Source: Azolla caroliniana
Lineage: Eukaryota > Plantae > Polypodiophyta
Direction: 5' to 3'
Assembly: GCA_043228905.1 (NCBI GenBank)
Contig: JBHGNT010000011.1
Span: 18,042,001-18,106,000 of the forward strand
Length of the DNA stretch: 64,000 nucleotides
The notes beneath the pieces are model-generated. The model did not search any database and had not been told where the DNA came from. It saw only the letters and a program-made list of their open reading frames with translations. The position numbers and the translations under genes are program-made. Numbering within the stretch: the stretch's first letter is position 1; every line of letters starts with the position of its first letter. This document shows, in pieces, positions 13,101-26,330 of this stretch.

Positions 13101-13352
13101 GTGAGAACTCCAAATGTGTCCATTGAAGGTGCAAGTAGTGTGTTTACCATCCCAAAATCCCCAATTATAGGAATTAAAGATGCACGAACTCAAGATACAC
13201 AAGTTAACAATATACCCGTTAAGGAAACACAAGCTAAGGAAACACAAGGTGAAGAAACACGTGTTTTCAAAGACACTAAGAGTGTATCAGCTACCCCAAG
13301 ATCACGTAGGCGTAGGATTAGGCGAAAACAGAGGCGAAGGAATCAAGAATAG
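6142..13352 (+). CDS. MUCI70: DUF616 / MUCI70-TOD1-like probable hexosyltransferase (type II membrane protein)
   Basis: Exons 6142-6391, 10140-10274, 10384-10582, 10666-10775, 10846-11030, 12189-12292, 12467-12660, 12743-12942, 13035-13352, all in phase. Motifs HPCESFTLPPPP, PCPVCYLPVE, VHCGF, VVASAIFG, CFFMFVDEE, RRNGKIPKLLLHRLFPNARFSLWIDGKL, DVPEGCVIIKEH, LWFNEVDRFTSRDQLSF, FLDCERRNFVVQGYHR match the MUCI70 family. N-terminal TM segment in exon 1. Symbol is family-level; the start codon is inferred. Confidence 0.92.
8473..8976. repeat. Tandem duplication, 2 x about 255 bp, in intron 1 of the DUF616 gene
   Basis: 8473-8722 and 8728-8976 both read ttttaagaggccaaaatgg...attctaaacttatatagg...tagtagcctttatttgt with scattered substitutions. 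Confidence 0.95.
9312..9490 (+). mobile_element. Ty3/Gypsy LTR retrotransposon RT-RNase H fragment in intron 1 of the DUF616 gene
   Basis: LPNPSKPFQVETDASDYAMGAVLYQDGTPITFESKKLDSAQ..Y is the typical Gypsy RT connection/RNase H motif; the similarity breaks off at an A-run near 9492. Confidence 0.85.
10075..10127 (+). repeat. (GA)n microsatellite
   Basis: About 26 perfect GA units. Confidence 0.98.
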
Positions 13353-14722
13353 TTACAGCATTTCTGATGTTAATTTACAAAAAAACTATTGATCTAGGAC
13401 CCTGCTGAATTGGCATTTACTGGTTCTGATCATCTAATGGGGGAAAAAAGAGGCCGTTTTTTTAACATCTCTACATCTAAATAGAGAATGGCATTCTTTA
13501 AATGTACACACTAGAAGCCATGTGCTAATGCATGCAAGAGCTGCCAGAGTTGACTGTTAAAACGAGAAAGTTGTAAAATGCCTTAACTTGCATCATTTTT
13601 GCATTCTTTTGTCTTATCTTCTTTTAATGTTTTGTATGTTTACTTAATGGCCATCTTGATTTGAGAATATGCATTTAAACCTGTGTCTAAATCAGGTTAG
13701 GATGAAAGTCGTAAGAGTAATCAGATGGATGAATAACAACTGTCTACTCATTTGCACCCCAGAAAATTCTAGAATGTACATAAAATTGACAAAATGTATA
13801 GATGACCTTGTTCAATTTGAAGAGTTTTTTATACATGAATTGATGACATTTCCCTTCCATCACAAAACCATAGAACATAGTTGCAAAAATTTACAAGATA
13901 GACACTACCACATAAAAATAGATCTAATCAGCTCACAAAACTTTACAAAATAGATCCCAAGTAAAATTAGATGGAAATCCTACTGTAAGAGGAAAGTACT
14001 CTACTTTCCTCACAAAGGGAATTATAAGCTCTAAAACTGTTCATTTGGTTAGCGAGTGGTGTAAGCTTTGTATGTGATTCATTCAAACAAAACCTTCTGG
14101 TTCCTGGCATCCTATTAACACAGAGAAGAATCCTATACGTATATCTAAGATGGAAATACAACTAGGAGGTTTGGTCATATAAGAAGTCATCCAAACAGAT
14201 GAGTCTCAGACAGATTCAATAAACAGATCCATTACCAGGGACTAGGTCCCTTTCCTGGTTAGTATGTAAGCTAAGCTTGAGTTATGCATGTGACCATAGG
14301 GCAGGTGTCATGGTTATACTAGATTAAGATATGTTGCACAATTTCTTCTTCAAGGAAGAGGTTTTAGAGTAGTTTCATGTTCCAAAAAAGCTTAGAATCT
14401 TAATTTCTCATTCCAAAGATAAAAAAGTTTTAGATAAACCATTTCTGAATTCGTAATACTGTTGGCATTGTTCTCATCATTGACAAATGTACAGAAATCA
14501 ATGAACGGATGTTTTGTGTCTAACATACTTTGAACAAATTTGACTGTTAAATCAGCCCCATTCCAATATCAAATTGGTCTCCTGTGAACGGTTTTACATT
14601 CAAAAACCATGATTTTTGGACATTAAATGTAAATATATCACACAAACGTCACAAAACACGTCAAATTGGATCCCAAATTTAGCATAGCATCAATCCTCAA
14701 GATGTTCTTCCACTTCCAAGCA

Positions 14723-17700
14723 CTATTCACATTTTAAAGCTTGCCCTATTTTCCAAGGAGTATCAAGAAGCTGTGAGAAATGGTCATGCATCGATGAATC
14801 AGTTCCCGCATAAATCACCACCATGTACTCTTCCTTATGGAGGCTGTACAAATACAATGCTTGCTCATCCTAAATAAACGTAGTAAAGAAAAACCATCAG
14901 ACTTTGTACCTAGGAATATAACAGTTTCTTCTATTACATATCATACATAACTAGTAGAACAATGATACGAGAAAAAACCGATAGGGGAAAACATTTCTCA
15001 AATTAAACTTTCGAATTTTGGAAACAAGCAAAAAGAACATGGAGTATTATAAAGAGTTTCATATATGTTACCAGGCGAATAATAGATAATACATGCATCT
15101 CTCCTCATAAGCTTGAATAAAAGTTGAAAACAAGCAGAAAACATGCACGTATTGCTTCATACAAACTGAACACATTCATCTATATTAACTAGCTTGAACA
15201 CAACTTAATGCATGCATCTATGCTTTCTTACTTGGATGTGAACTGAAATACATGCATTCTATGCTTGCTTACTTGGATGCAAACTGAAATACATGCATCT
15301 GTACCTAGCACCTGGACTAGCACGAATAGACAATGAATACATGAATACAAATTTACTCAACTAACCTCAGGCCAGCTCAAGAAATCCTCGGCAGATGCCT
15401 GTAACATATCAGTTGCAGATTGTCCAGAACATGAAGCAACACATTGCCCATCTATATCATTGTGCTTATCATAGAGCTCTAGCACTATACATACACTAGA
15501 AACTATCTCTTCATCAGTTATAGAAGCACAATATTTGCATGTGTAGTTGCTGGATATACTTTTCTCAACATAATGTCCGCACCGTCCATGGATTGGCCTC
15601 GACCTCACTTGATCAATCTTGAGATTCCTAACCCTCACTCTGCATACCTACCAGCAGAAAATGCATCCGACATACAAGTATTTTGTTTCTTGTTATGATA
15701 GTCGAACTTTTAGCATGGCACAAAAAGAAATCTCTACTACTTAAAAGATACGAGGTCTCTTACAGTTTAACCTTGGGCTAATCTAAAAAGAATGTCATAG
15801 GGCTAGATCATAGATTTCACAATACATAGTAGTGATGGCACATTATTCCTGTGAGGAAATTCAATCTCCAATAACAGAAATCTACTATAATTTGATGTAA
15901 ATGAGCTGCTTTCAATTGGATCTTAATTAAGAACATACAGAAACGTTCAAATTATGATAGAATTACCTGTACTCCAAGGTAGTCTATGGATAGCTCACGC
16001 AAGGAAAGAAGTTGATAAAGGCAAGGAGTTCTCAACAATGCGGGTAACTGTGTCAAGTTCACAAGACAAGCCATTTCATCCTTATCTTTCCAAACACACT
16101 CTATCCTGCAAGAAAGAATGTTCAGAAAATGTTGCAAAAATCAGTTCAAGTATACTTCTCTTTGTTCACTATAAAATACATTGAAACATATATTATTACT
16201 GATTAGTGGGACCAATATGGGATGTGAGTCCTGAAATAAACACAGTGTGTCCTATATCTAAATGTTCACCTTTCCTGCATAAGCAATAACTCCAGTTACT
16301 CAGAAAGTAAAAGTGTGTATCATTCATAGCACAAACTTGTTATTTGCTTCACCATTCTTTAGAGAAGCACAACTGTATGACAATAACTCCCAAATGATCT
16401 TGTAGACTCATCTTCCACAGGCTTGATTGGGAGGATTCTTTATCATCTTCTATTCTTTCAAATGATTTCACAACACCATACAGGGAAATATTGGACATTT
16501 TTGGCCGAACATCTGAAACAAGCAACTAAATATGCCAAATGTAAGCAAGAGGAGTATCATAACATTTTCGGCCAAGCATCTGAAACAAACAGCTACATAA
16601 TCTACATTTAAAAAAGATGAGTATCATCAACGAAATTGTCCACATTCTCCACCAACATTAGTAGGCTTTTTGATATGGGACTTCTTTGGCTAATTTTCAT
16701 GGCAGCTATTTATTAAAGCAGTTTCAATGTTCCACCTATGCAAAAATTTACAGAATTTTAGTCTGACGCCTAAATCAAAACATTATTTGATCCACATAAT
16801 CACAAGTCTGATTTATTGGATTCTCCCCCATCCTCATCTCACACCCTCATTGCTCTTTCCCTCTTATAATTGCAAACAGTTATACCTCAAAATTATTTCA
16901 GATGAGATACTTCCAGGGAATCATTGGTAGGGCTCGTTCAGACTTTGATGATATCTTAAAAAAGGAAACAAACTATTGCAGAGTCTAGATACTCGATGAA
17001 CATTTGGAAAAAGATACAAAAAGAAACACCCAATGGCAGCAGACAAGGAACAATTAATACAGCAATAAATAAATTAAATAGAAGCGACATTTGTTCGCCA
17101 CATATGTCACGCTATGTAAATATAGACAGACAACAAGAAATTCATCTTAGCAACACTGAAAACAAGTTACACTAAAATTTCTATTCCTTTGAGACAAAAC
17201 CCTATTTGGGCCTAAACCTTACAAGAGCTAAAATTATAACGCTTGGAGTTATAATACCTGCATTCATACAGGCTATTTGCAACTACCCTTTCAGCAGAAC
17301 AGAGATATTCAGCATCTTTCACCATGAGTTTAATATAGGGAAATTATGGCCAGAGCTACAAGTTTGAACATTTTCACCAAGGTGGGTAATGGGAGGAATG
17401 CAAAGAGAATTCATCTTAATATCAAGAATATGATATAAATTGCATTCATGAAGTATTCAATAATCATAGAAAATACATTGGGAATCCGTAATTCTAAGTA
17501 GACTTTAACGCAATATGACAATGTCAAAAAGACATCATTATCCCCATGGTCAGGTTACTTCACCTTAAAATGATTCTGCCAACTAAGACTAAAGCATGCA
17601 TTTCAATACAGTGCATAGAATGCATATTCGAAGAGCTACAATGGGTATTTTCTAAGATCATAAAAGCAGATTGGCTTCTCTGATACCATTATGTGAATCC

Positions 17701-20700
17701 AATAAATGGATTTTAAAACCATTTTGGTTCCTTAAAGATTAACCATAAGCAACGCACAGAAAAAGTCACCATACTCGAAATGGGAAATGGTAATAATCAA
17801 CTGCCCCCTGTGCGTCAGTTGGCAGCATCAATTGTGACAGGGACGAATCCTGGCCTGTGTCTTTTGTTGAAAATTTCAGCTTCTTCTGGCTTGTTGTATC
17901 AAGAATAACCTTAAAGAAACTCAAAATAGGAAAAATTTACACTTCCAAATTGCAACCACGAATAAAATTAGTAAATGAGATTAATGTGAACCTGCTCTTC
18001 ATTGTGTATGAATGGCACGGTGTATAAGTATGAGGCACTACCATACTCCAATATGAATTCAGGAGCACCTCCAGTGTCAAGCTGTGAAATGAAAGGCCTC
18101 TCCAAGGCAATCATACTCTGTGGACTAGAATACAGTTGAAGAGCCATAATATTATCAGATAGACATTATGCCATACTTTGACACTTTGTAACATATTCAG
18201 AAAACTAACCTAAAAACCCCAGCAAGAGCAATCTGATCATCCCAAAGAACCAACGGAATGCACATTTTATTCTCATCAGAGAGCAAAAGCTTTTGCTGTT
18301 TTGTATGATTCCATTGTGAATGAACCTCAACTTCATTCACTTTCTCCAACCTGCCAGACAGATCAAAATAAACTTAATAGGTAGCTTTACTAATGAAAGT
18401 TCAAGCCTAATAAGAGCTTTGTGCCCGAAATCGCCTTCTTGATGAGAGAAAATGTGGCTAGAGAAACAAATCTTATTAAATAATCTTATGTTCTTCTCGT
18501 TTCTTACCTGAGAGACATATTCTGGGCATAAATTAAAGAAGTCTGAAGATACAAATAGAAATTATGATGCCTCAAAAAGAGACCCGAAATAAGATTATTG
18601 CTTGGACATGTGGACATCCTGCATGCAGAAACTATATGACCATATTACTAAAGCCTACTTTATTTTATGATGTACCTAATATGATCGCGTGTAATAAAGA
18701 AAGTCGCATGTGAAGTTATTAAATATCTAAATGTATGAGTCAGCTATTGTACATCTGTGATTCCAAGACCATTATAGAATACGTTCTAATTCAATCACAT
18801 TGCCGAACCACACAATATTCCATAGATCACACCTTGCAAAGAAACAAAATTCTACACCAGATTTCAGAGATTCTAGTTGGATATCAGAAAATGTATCCGA
18901 ACAAAATCTGGCACCAACCAGCAGTGCATCCTCATCTTGATCCTGTTAAGGGAGATATTAAGCAACATCATCAAAAATAAAGAAAAGTGCTAAAAAAATC
19001 ATGCTTAGAAATACTTCGTCAAGCAGAACAACAAGGTATTCTGTGGGTAGAAGACGCATTTGACTTGATCTAGATACAACAGCAGTTCGAAGACGACATC
19101 CTGTTAGGCGGATTTCTCGACCCTTCTTCAACACACCATTGTTTACATCGACCATATCATAAAATCTGCAATAAATAGCCGCAACTATTTCAATTAAATA
19201 TTATGGAATTACTGCAATACATATACATATCACATTTTACATCACCCATGTCATATTTTCTACAATAAAATAGCCACAACTGTTTCAATTATATCCCATG
19301 CCAATTCTTGAATGCATACTGACAACCACATTTGTCTTCAACAGTGTTTCACCAAACATCTGAGGTGTTCAGTGTTGTGGAAGTTGCACACCCATTTGCG
19401 AGACTCCGAAGTTTTGCATTTGAATTGGGATTGCCCTTCTACTGAGGATTTTGATAAAAGCTTTATGGCTGGTTTACGCATGCACAATGGATCAAATTGT
19501 CACAACTTGAGCGAGCTGTCACATGGATGTTTTATAGAGGTTGAGTATGTGGTAATGTGGAAGTTTACAGTTAGAGAATATGGATAAAGTGTGTGGTATG
19601 ATTATGTTTACCATTTAAAAGTCAATCAATTCGCACGATTGATTTCCCCAGAGTTTGTTATCACAAGTCATTCATAGCAGATGATGGTCTCTGACACAAC
19701 AAACACTTTCTCTCGAACATGTGACCTCTGAAGAACATAATAGTTTTGTCAATGTTCAAACATCACTCGACTAATCTTAACAACTAGGTTACACTGCTTT
19801 CAATAGAATTTTTAATGAAGCTATGTTCTCTGAGAAAAAGGGGAAAAGGAGAAAGCGAATGCTAGAGTGAGCAAAAGAATGGAAAGGACCAATCATAGGG
19901 AGACAATTCTCTGAAGGCTTTGAGATCATTCGGAGGGCAACAGAAGTTGACAGGAGCTGCCAGAGCTAGAGATTTCAGTGATAGATTTAGCATTTATCAC
20001 ACTTGGCACTTGTCACTGCCTGTTCTGGAATTTGAGAGTCTTTGTCACTTCTTCATATCATAACAGGTCATATTTGCTACTATTGGTACCCCTGTTGTAT
20101 TTTATGTTTTTCTAGGTATATGCTTGGGATAGCACACTAGTTGTCTTATATGAAGGTGTGAAGTCATAGCTTAAGATTGACAAAAAACAGTCTTTAGACT
20201 GAGAGACACATGAACTGATAATCATATGATGATTTAAGCTTTAGGGGGATCATTTATTCCTATGATCTGTGATCTTCACAAAAGTTACTCATAGACAGTT
20301 TTTGCACAACTGAAAGTTGTACCTCTTGCAATCTCTTCAAGACTTTCAGAAATAGTTTTCACACATTGGTATGCTCTTGACATTCTACAAACAATAGGTC
20401 ACTTCAAATATTATCTTAATACCCCATTCTTAATGAATTTTGGTACCATTTCAAACATCATAAGAATGCATAGCATCAATATTATTCAATCACACATTAT
20501 CTCATATGCATGCTTCATCATCAAGCATGCATTGCCTTAACCTTAAATATCATCATTTCCTATTGATCCACAGAAGTTTCAGAAGCTTTCTTTTTCACAT
20601 GTATAATCATTCAATGTGTTATTCCATCAACATAAGCATTTCTATATTTTCTCTAGACAAATATGTGCTTCATGTGAGCATTCCAGGATCGTGCATTCAT

Positions 20701-23240
20701 AAGCAAGACATCGCAATCCTTCACACTGTGCTCGTTTTCAATAAGAAAAACATTAAAACGTCATAAATCTACACTGAAACCATCTCAACCATTACTGCAT
20801 CAGGACATTCATCACTGTTTCGAATATTCACATATCACTGCCTTCACTAGCTATGATGATATGTCACTGATTTCCTTACAGCTATTTCATGATAAGAAAA
20901 CATCAGTCAAAAGCTTACAGCTATTGCCAAGAGATACAAATAGAAATTGAAAGAACATTCTAGAAAATAAAAAATATGAATAACTGCACAGTCATATTTG
21001 CACTCACATACTTGCGATGCAAATAAAGTTCAATACTGTTAGAACTCCAAGCATCCCCAATTGTAAGCAAATAGCTATTAGTTCCTGCAGAAAACACAAG
21101 AAATTACAGTAAAACATGCTACTAGGTCAGATGCATAGCTAAGACAAATATTAGTGAGAGGTTCAAGTAAATAGCTATAATTTTTCCAACCACCTGAGAG
21201 TTCAATGCTATGACAAACCCTAAGCAAAATAATCTACCATATAAGGGCTATCAAGGCGTTGATACAATCTCCACAAGTACCCTCATCATAATATAATCAT
21301 CAACAATTGAGCATCAAGTTTTACTTTTTGGCACATTTAAATATGGTTTAGCCTAAATATGCTGAAAACAGTGAGACATGTACATATATTAGTTTGATTT
21401 CACTAGAAGACAAACCTGATAGAAGTTGAATATCGAGTATTACAACCTCCAAAACAGCATCCATAGAAATGAATTTCTTATCATAGACCGAGTCTATAGT
21501 GACAATCTTAGACAACCGGGAGCGCAATTGCCTTTGTTTTTTGTATGTAGCCAGTCCTGGTGAAATGTGGGCACCCCTTTCCTTATTTTTCCAGCCCCTC
21601 TCAACTCTTGACTTATCCAACCAAGCCTATTGATTCATAAGCACCAGTATAAGTAAAAACAACACTATTATGAATATCAGAAAACCCAAAAAATGTGTAT
21701 TATGCATGTGTGCGTTGAATTGGTGCACATGCATGTATGTAAAAGCCAACATAAGTACCTTAACATTCCCAGTATAAGTAGAAACAAAACTATTATGAAT
21801 GTAAGAAAACCAAAAACATGTGTAAAAGTGCATTATGCATGTGTGCCTTGAATTGGTACATACGCATGTGCATAAAAACTGACATTTATTCTTTAAATGG
21901 CTTGATCATACATCGCAGGTAATTACGACAAACAATTCAAAGGATCATCAGTTCATATGATCCTAGAATCTCCTCTAGATGAAGATGAAAATCTTGAGAA
22001 TTTGAAGTGCATTTTAAAAATTAGCATGAACACAAAATTCTATATCAGTTTCCAACCTAACTTGCCATGCCATGTAATGTTAATTGAGACAAGCTCGGCA
22101 GCTTCATAAGTAGCGCTTGTGGATTTGGAAGCAGTGTATTCTTTAGTTAATCCTTTAGTTTCACATGTGTCACCATGGGGTTGCATTCTCACAAAAGCTT
22201 CTAGTACTCAGACGTTTTTGCATTTTCACGTGGTATGGGGTGCACTGCGAGCACAAAATGGCCTGCCCATGTGACAAACATGTGTGCCTAGATCAGTGGC
22301 TTTTAAGATTTTGTTTAAAGTCTTTAAACACGGAGATTTGGGTGTTGGAAATACAGGCATATCCATGGATATAATAATTGAATTTATTTAAAACTTTCAT
22401 AGGATAATCAAAATTTTGACTTGAAATAAGAGAGGAGTAAAGTTTTTTAAAAAGTATTTGGATAATAAGGTCGTGTTGCAGCATCAAAATTGTGAGTTTC
22501 AAAAAAGAGTTGAAAGGATCAAGAGAAGAGAGAGAATGAACCTTCGCATCGTGCCCAGATCAATGATAATGATCAAAGTAAACTGTTGGGAGGCTCCTAA
22601 TCCATGTCTGTAGATTATGATCATATGTTCGGCGATTCAACTAGAGACGTGTGTGGACATGCATGGATACGTATGGGGATTATTAGTTGTGTGCCAGGAA
22701 CCTAAAGTCTATTGAAACATATGACCAGTCTAAGACAACAGACACAAATGTGCATGTCAACAACACACTTGGTGAAAAAGTTGGGCCATGTGCCAACCAG
22801 CCACATTTTAATCTGACTTATTGTTTGCAATGCTATTTACATTTCCTGAAAACCCAAAACTATGGGTAAAAGTTGTTCCTTGAAAGTTCCTGGGAGCCTC
22901 TCAATGAGTTGGGCTGAATTTACTAGTTTCACATGCATGAATGAGAGGGTACGTTCATTTATACATGTCGGTGAGAAAAGGAAATTACCTTGAGAAGGTC
23001 GGAGAGAAGTATGGCTGGAGTGACACCACTTGAGTAGGCATTGAGACAATCCAGAATGCGGTTACACACCCATCCCCAGCTAGGGCTTCCATCTCCTACA
23101 CAAGGACTCATCTCTTCTTCTTCTTCTTCTTCTTCTTCTTCTTCTTTGCTTCCTTCTTCATTACTGTGTTGTTGCATTTGCGAATGTTGAAGCATAAGCC
23201 TCGCTGACTCTGCAAATGAGAGGAAGGCATCTTCTTCCAT
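14723..23240 (-). CDS. OB-fold nucleic-acid-binding protein, Cdc24 OB-domain type (At3g17030-like), 13 exons
   Basis: Exons (- strand) 23240-22989, 21626-21416, 21084-21012, 19165-19015, 18942-18833, 18350-18210, 18124-17992, 17909-17775, 16525-16353, 16274-16200, 16105-15967, 15647-15366, 14869-14723 splice into one open frame. Segments: MEEDAFLSF..PSWGWVCNRIL..YSSGVTPAILLSDL, VTIDSVYDKKF, IELYLHRKFYDMV, GREIRLTGCRLR, RLLPTEYLVVLLDEDQDEDALL, LVLWDDQ, LEYGSAS, ISLYGVV, GHTVFISGL, HGRCGH..CKYC, C-terminal ALKCE*. Family assignment is from recalled motifs. Confidence 0.85.
19330..19600 (+). mobile_element. Possible degenerate LINE zf-RVT remnant in intron 3 of the OB-fold gene
   Basis: LRCSVLW...DSEVLHLNWDCPST resembles E..HLFWDCP of zf-RVT. 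Confidence 0.3.
21645..21885. repeat. Tandem duplication, 2 x about 125 bp, in intron 1 of the OB-fold gene
   Basis: ccagtataagta..actattatgaat..agaaaacc..ttatgcatgtgtgc.ttgaattggt occurs at about 21645 and 21769. Confidence 0.85.
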
Positions 23241-23344
23241 CTCTCTCTGTCTCTCTCTGTCTCTTCTGTGGAACTTTTTTATATGTAAAATGGTTTTGAA
23301 CAATTCCCTCCTTGAGAGGGAGGTCTATGGTTTCGGCAATTTAT

Positions 23345-25137
23345 GGAAATGACCCCATAACTATTATCATAATTTGAATCATACGTACCATTTCGCGTTT
23401 GACAAACACCCTCGAAGTATGGTAAATACCATACTTTTGCACTCATTATTTATTATAAGGTAAATTTTTTTTTAGGGTAAGAAAGTTAAGGTAAAAAGTG
23501 TAAAAAGAAAACACAAGAATGTTTTAACAACATATGCATTCGTTTTCAAACGTATTCAAACGAATGTTTGGGCTAACGAACACGAATATTACGTACTATG
23601 ATACATACTACACTCTTGACAATCACTTCACAAATGTCTCAAAAGAAATACTTCAGAAGTTTTCTCTTTCTTTCCTTCCTTTGCTTCATAAGTAAAGCAT
23701 CAAACCACAACTCTCTCTTTTTGGTGAAACACACACAATTATATGAATAAATGTGTGTGAAAAACACTCCTTACAATGGGTGTCACAATGGAGTATGGTC
23801 ACCCCACTAAATGGAACATGTTGAATTGCCAGTAGGCAATTGAACACTCCATTGATGAAAGAATTTTCACTTGCTCCAATAAACAAAGTTGTCACATTAG
23901 TACTCCCTTCAACTTTCACATATATGCTTTCACTTCATTGCCTACCATCAAATACAAAAGCATTGCGTTTATCCCAATCATGACGCAATCCCTAATACCT
24001 CTAAAATAGGAAAACGATCTTTGTCTCTAATTTTGGGTCAACCTATGTAAATTGGGCAAACACAAACTGTTTAGGCATGAAATAACACCACGATAAAACT
24101 TGCCAAATCTAAGAAATGTAACTCCAAATTTAATAAGCAATCAAACATTGTATAAAACGATGAGTTCTATCTTCCATTTGAACAGTGCAAAAGAAGCAAT
24201 TGCTTTTTTGGAAATAAAGAAGAAGCAATTGCTCGCTACTAGTCCACGACGCTTTAGAGCTAATCCCAAAGGCAATCACCCACCCAATCAAAACTCTTAA
24301 ATTGAAGACATTTGCTACAACCGACAATTTAGAATGCCAAGTATGTTTTAAGATTTGTCACCATCCATGATCGGGGTTGTATTTTCCATTCTTCTTCAAC
24401 ATTTGATAATAGCCATCCAAGAGACTCAACGGATCAATGATACAAAAGATTAGTAGTCACTTCAGAAAACGACATTTAACCCCATAAACACTGATCAATC
24501 CACGGTTGTTCTTCTATATGTAAAGGTAAAGGACCTTGCATTAATGCAATATTTTGTAGTTGTTAGATAAACCCATAATTAGGCGAGATGTGTAATAATT
24601 GTCGCGCTTCAACAAACGTCAAAAATCTTTGAGATGGAGCCTCAACTATATCTCCCGGCTCTTTGAACCCCAAACGAAACAAACGATTAAACTCTCTCTC
24701 TTTGCTCTTTGCTCTTTTTCCATAGGAGAGGACCCTTGTGAGCACTTCATCCATAAACCGTACTTTCTTATACACTTTCCATTTTCTACATCGGCGTGTA
24801 AACTACTACTACTCTTATGGCATGCCATTAGAACCATAGTACGTAAAATTCATGTTCATCTAGAATAACATTCGTTTTCCTACGTTGGAAAACGAATGCG
24901 AATGTTATTCAAATATTCTTGAGTTTTTTCCCCTTTTTTTAAGTTTTTTTGGGGTTTTTCCCATTTTTAGGTTTATTTACCTCATAATAAATTGTTAATC
25001 CAAAAGTATGGTATTTACCATTCTTTGAGGGTGTTTACCATACTCGAATGATTGAAACATTCACGAATGCGAGTGCACATCTGTTACATATGGTTCATAC
25101 TATGATTAGAACAATAAAAATATGGGCAACCATTCTC
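23345..25137. mobile_element. Mutator-like / foldback non-autonomous DNA element with long imperfect TIRs
   Basis: 23389-23600 is the reverse complement of 24835-25050. Shared blocks: aaacaccctc.aag.atggtaaataccatacttttg, tttattat.aggtaaat, gcattcgtttt..aacgta, .ttacgtactatg. Weaker similarity extends to about 23345 and 25137. No clear TSD, so the ends are approximate. Confidence 0.75.
23900..24400 (-). mobile_element. Degenerate L1-type LINE ORF2 3' fragment (zf-RVT) between the TIRs
   Basis: Minus strand reads ...HTWHSKL...SNCFFCTVQMEDRTHRFIQC..*IWSYIS*IWQVL...WDKRNAFVFDG, i.e. the CxxC...E..H...C zinc knuckle plus the W..RN..VF motif, with stops. Confidence 0.7.
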
Positions 25138-26039
25138 TCAAGAGTAGCCTATCGAGTACCTTAGCTTGTCATGACCATACAAACAAAATACATGGGAAAT
25201 GCTTGAAAATAATCGACAAAGTATATTGAATATATGATGGGTAGAATGCCAAGAATGACATAACATAATGAAGGCAAGTTGATAAGAAAGATTCACAAAT
25301 CAAGTAGTCATCCATGTTAGTTGTTATAGTAACTAAATGCCCCCATCAACATTATACACATTTATGTGATCATTTGGAGTCATTGTGTTAAGTATTGGAA
25401 TTTGTCACGAGAAAGAATCATAATATTTTATCTCATGCAAATAATCTAGGAACCATGAAGCATGATCATGCCTTCATTTTTACAACTCACCTTGATGTTT
25501 CAAATATAATGTTACCATCTCTTTGATGTTGTGTTCAATTGAGGAAAGAAAGTCTTTATTAAATAGGCCATCTTTAGCAAATGGTTATTGGGGAACTCAT
25601 AGTCTCTCAATTATGTAACTCATGGGCCCATGTTTTATAAAGGGGAGGAAACCCTCTAGAGCTTTATACTCGATTACTTGGGAACCCTTATCTATCGCAT
25701 CTCAAGACCTTGCATAGATCTCACCTTCAAATTCGATTCACATATTTCCAACTTACGTATATATGAATTGCATTTGGACTTAACTTGCTTGTCTCTATCA
25801 CGAACTGCATTTGTTAAGTATTATGATTTAAGCAACCATACTTGTCTTAATTTGGTGACTTACATTTGATCATTTAAGAGTGTAGAAGGATTCCATTTTA
25901 GAGTGGTTTTATTTGAAGATGTTGTGGTTATTCAACACATACATTGTTCATAATCCCAAAACTCTATGAAAGAGGCCAAATATTCAAACGTAAATTCCTT
26001 ACTAAGTCCTTTGGAAACAATGGTAGACAAGTATTATTA

Positions 26040-26330
26040 ACAATTGCAATTCCAGAGCACGTAGCTAATTGATTTTGAACCAATTATATACCTTATGTAT
26101 CTTGTTGTGGGAATGTGTCTTCACTAGAGATTTAGTTCAACATTGAAACCCCAAGTAAATAGCGTTGTTAGAATAATCTTTCTTTTAATGGCAAAGAGGC
26201 ACACCAAAATATTGTTGAAATGATGGTTGAACACTTTTTCCACCAAGAATATGACATATCTATACTCCATACTTTACCATCATGCAGTGTTATCCATGGA
26301 GCAATTGATAAATCTTTTTTATCATGAATT
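26040..26330 (-). mobile_element. Highly degenerate LINE zf-RVT-like remnant
   Basis: Minus strand VWSIDMSYSWWKK..IFWCASLPLKERLF...SISYVLWNC resembles the zf-RVT region; many stops. Confidence 0.35.
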
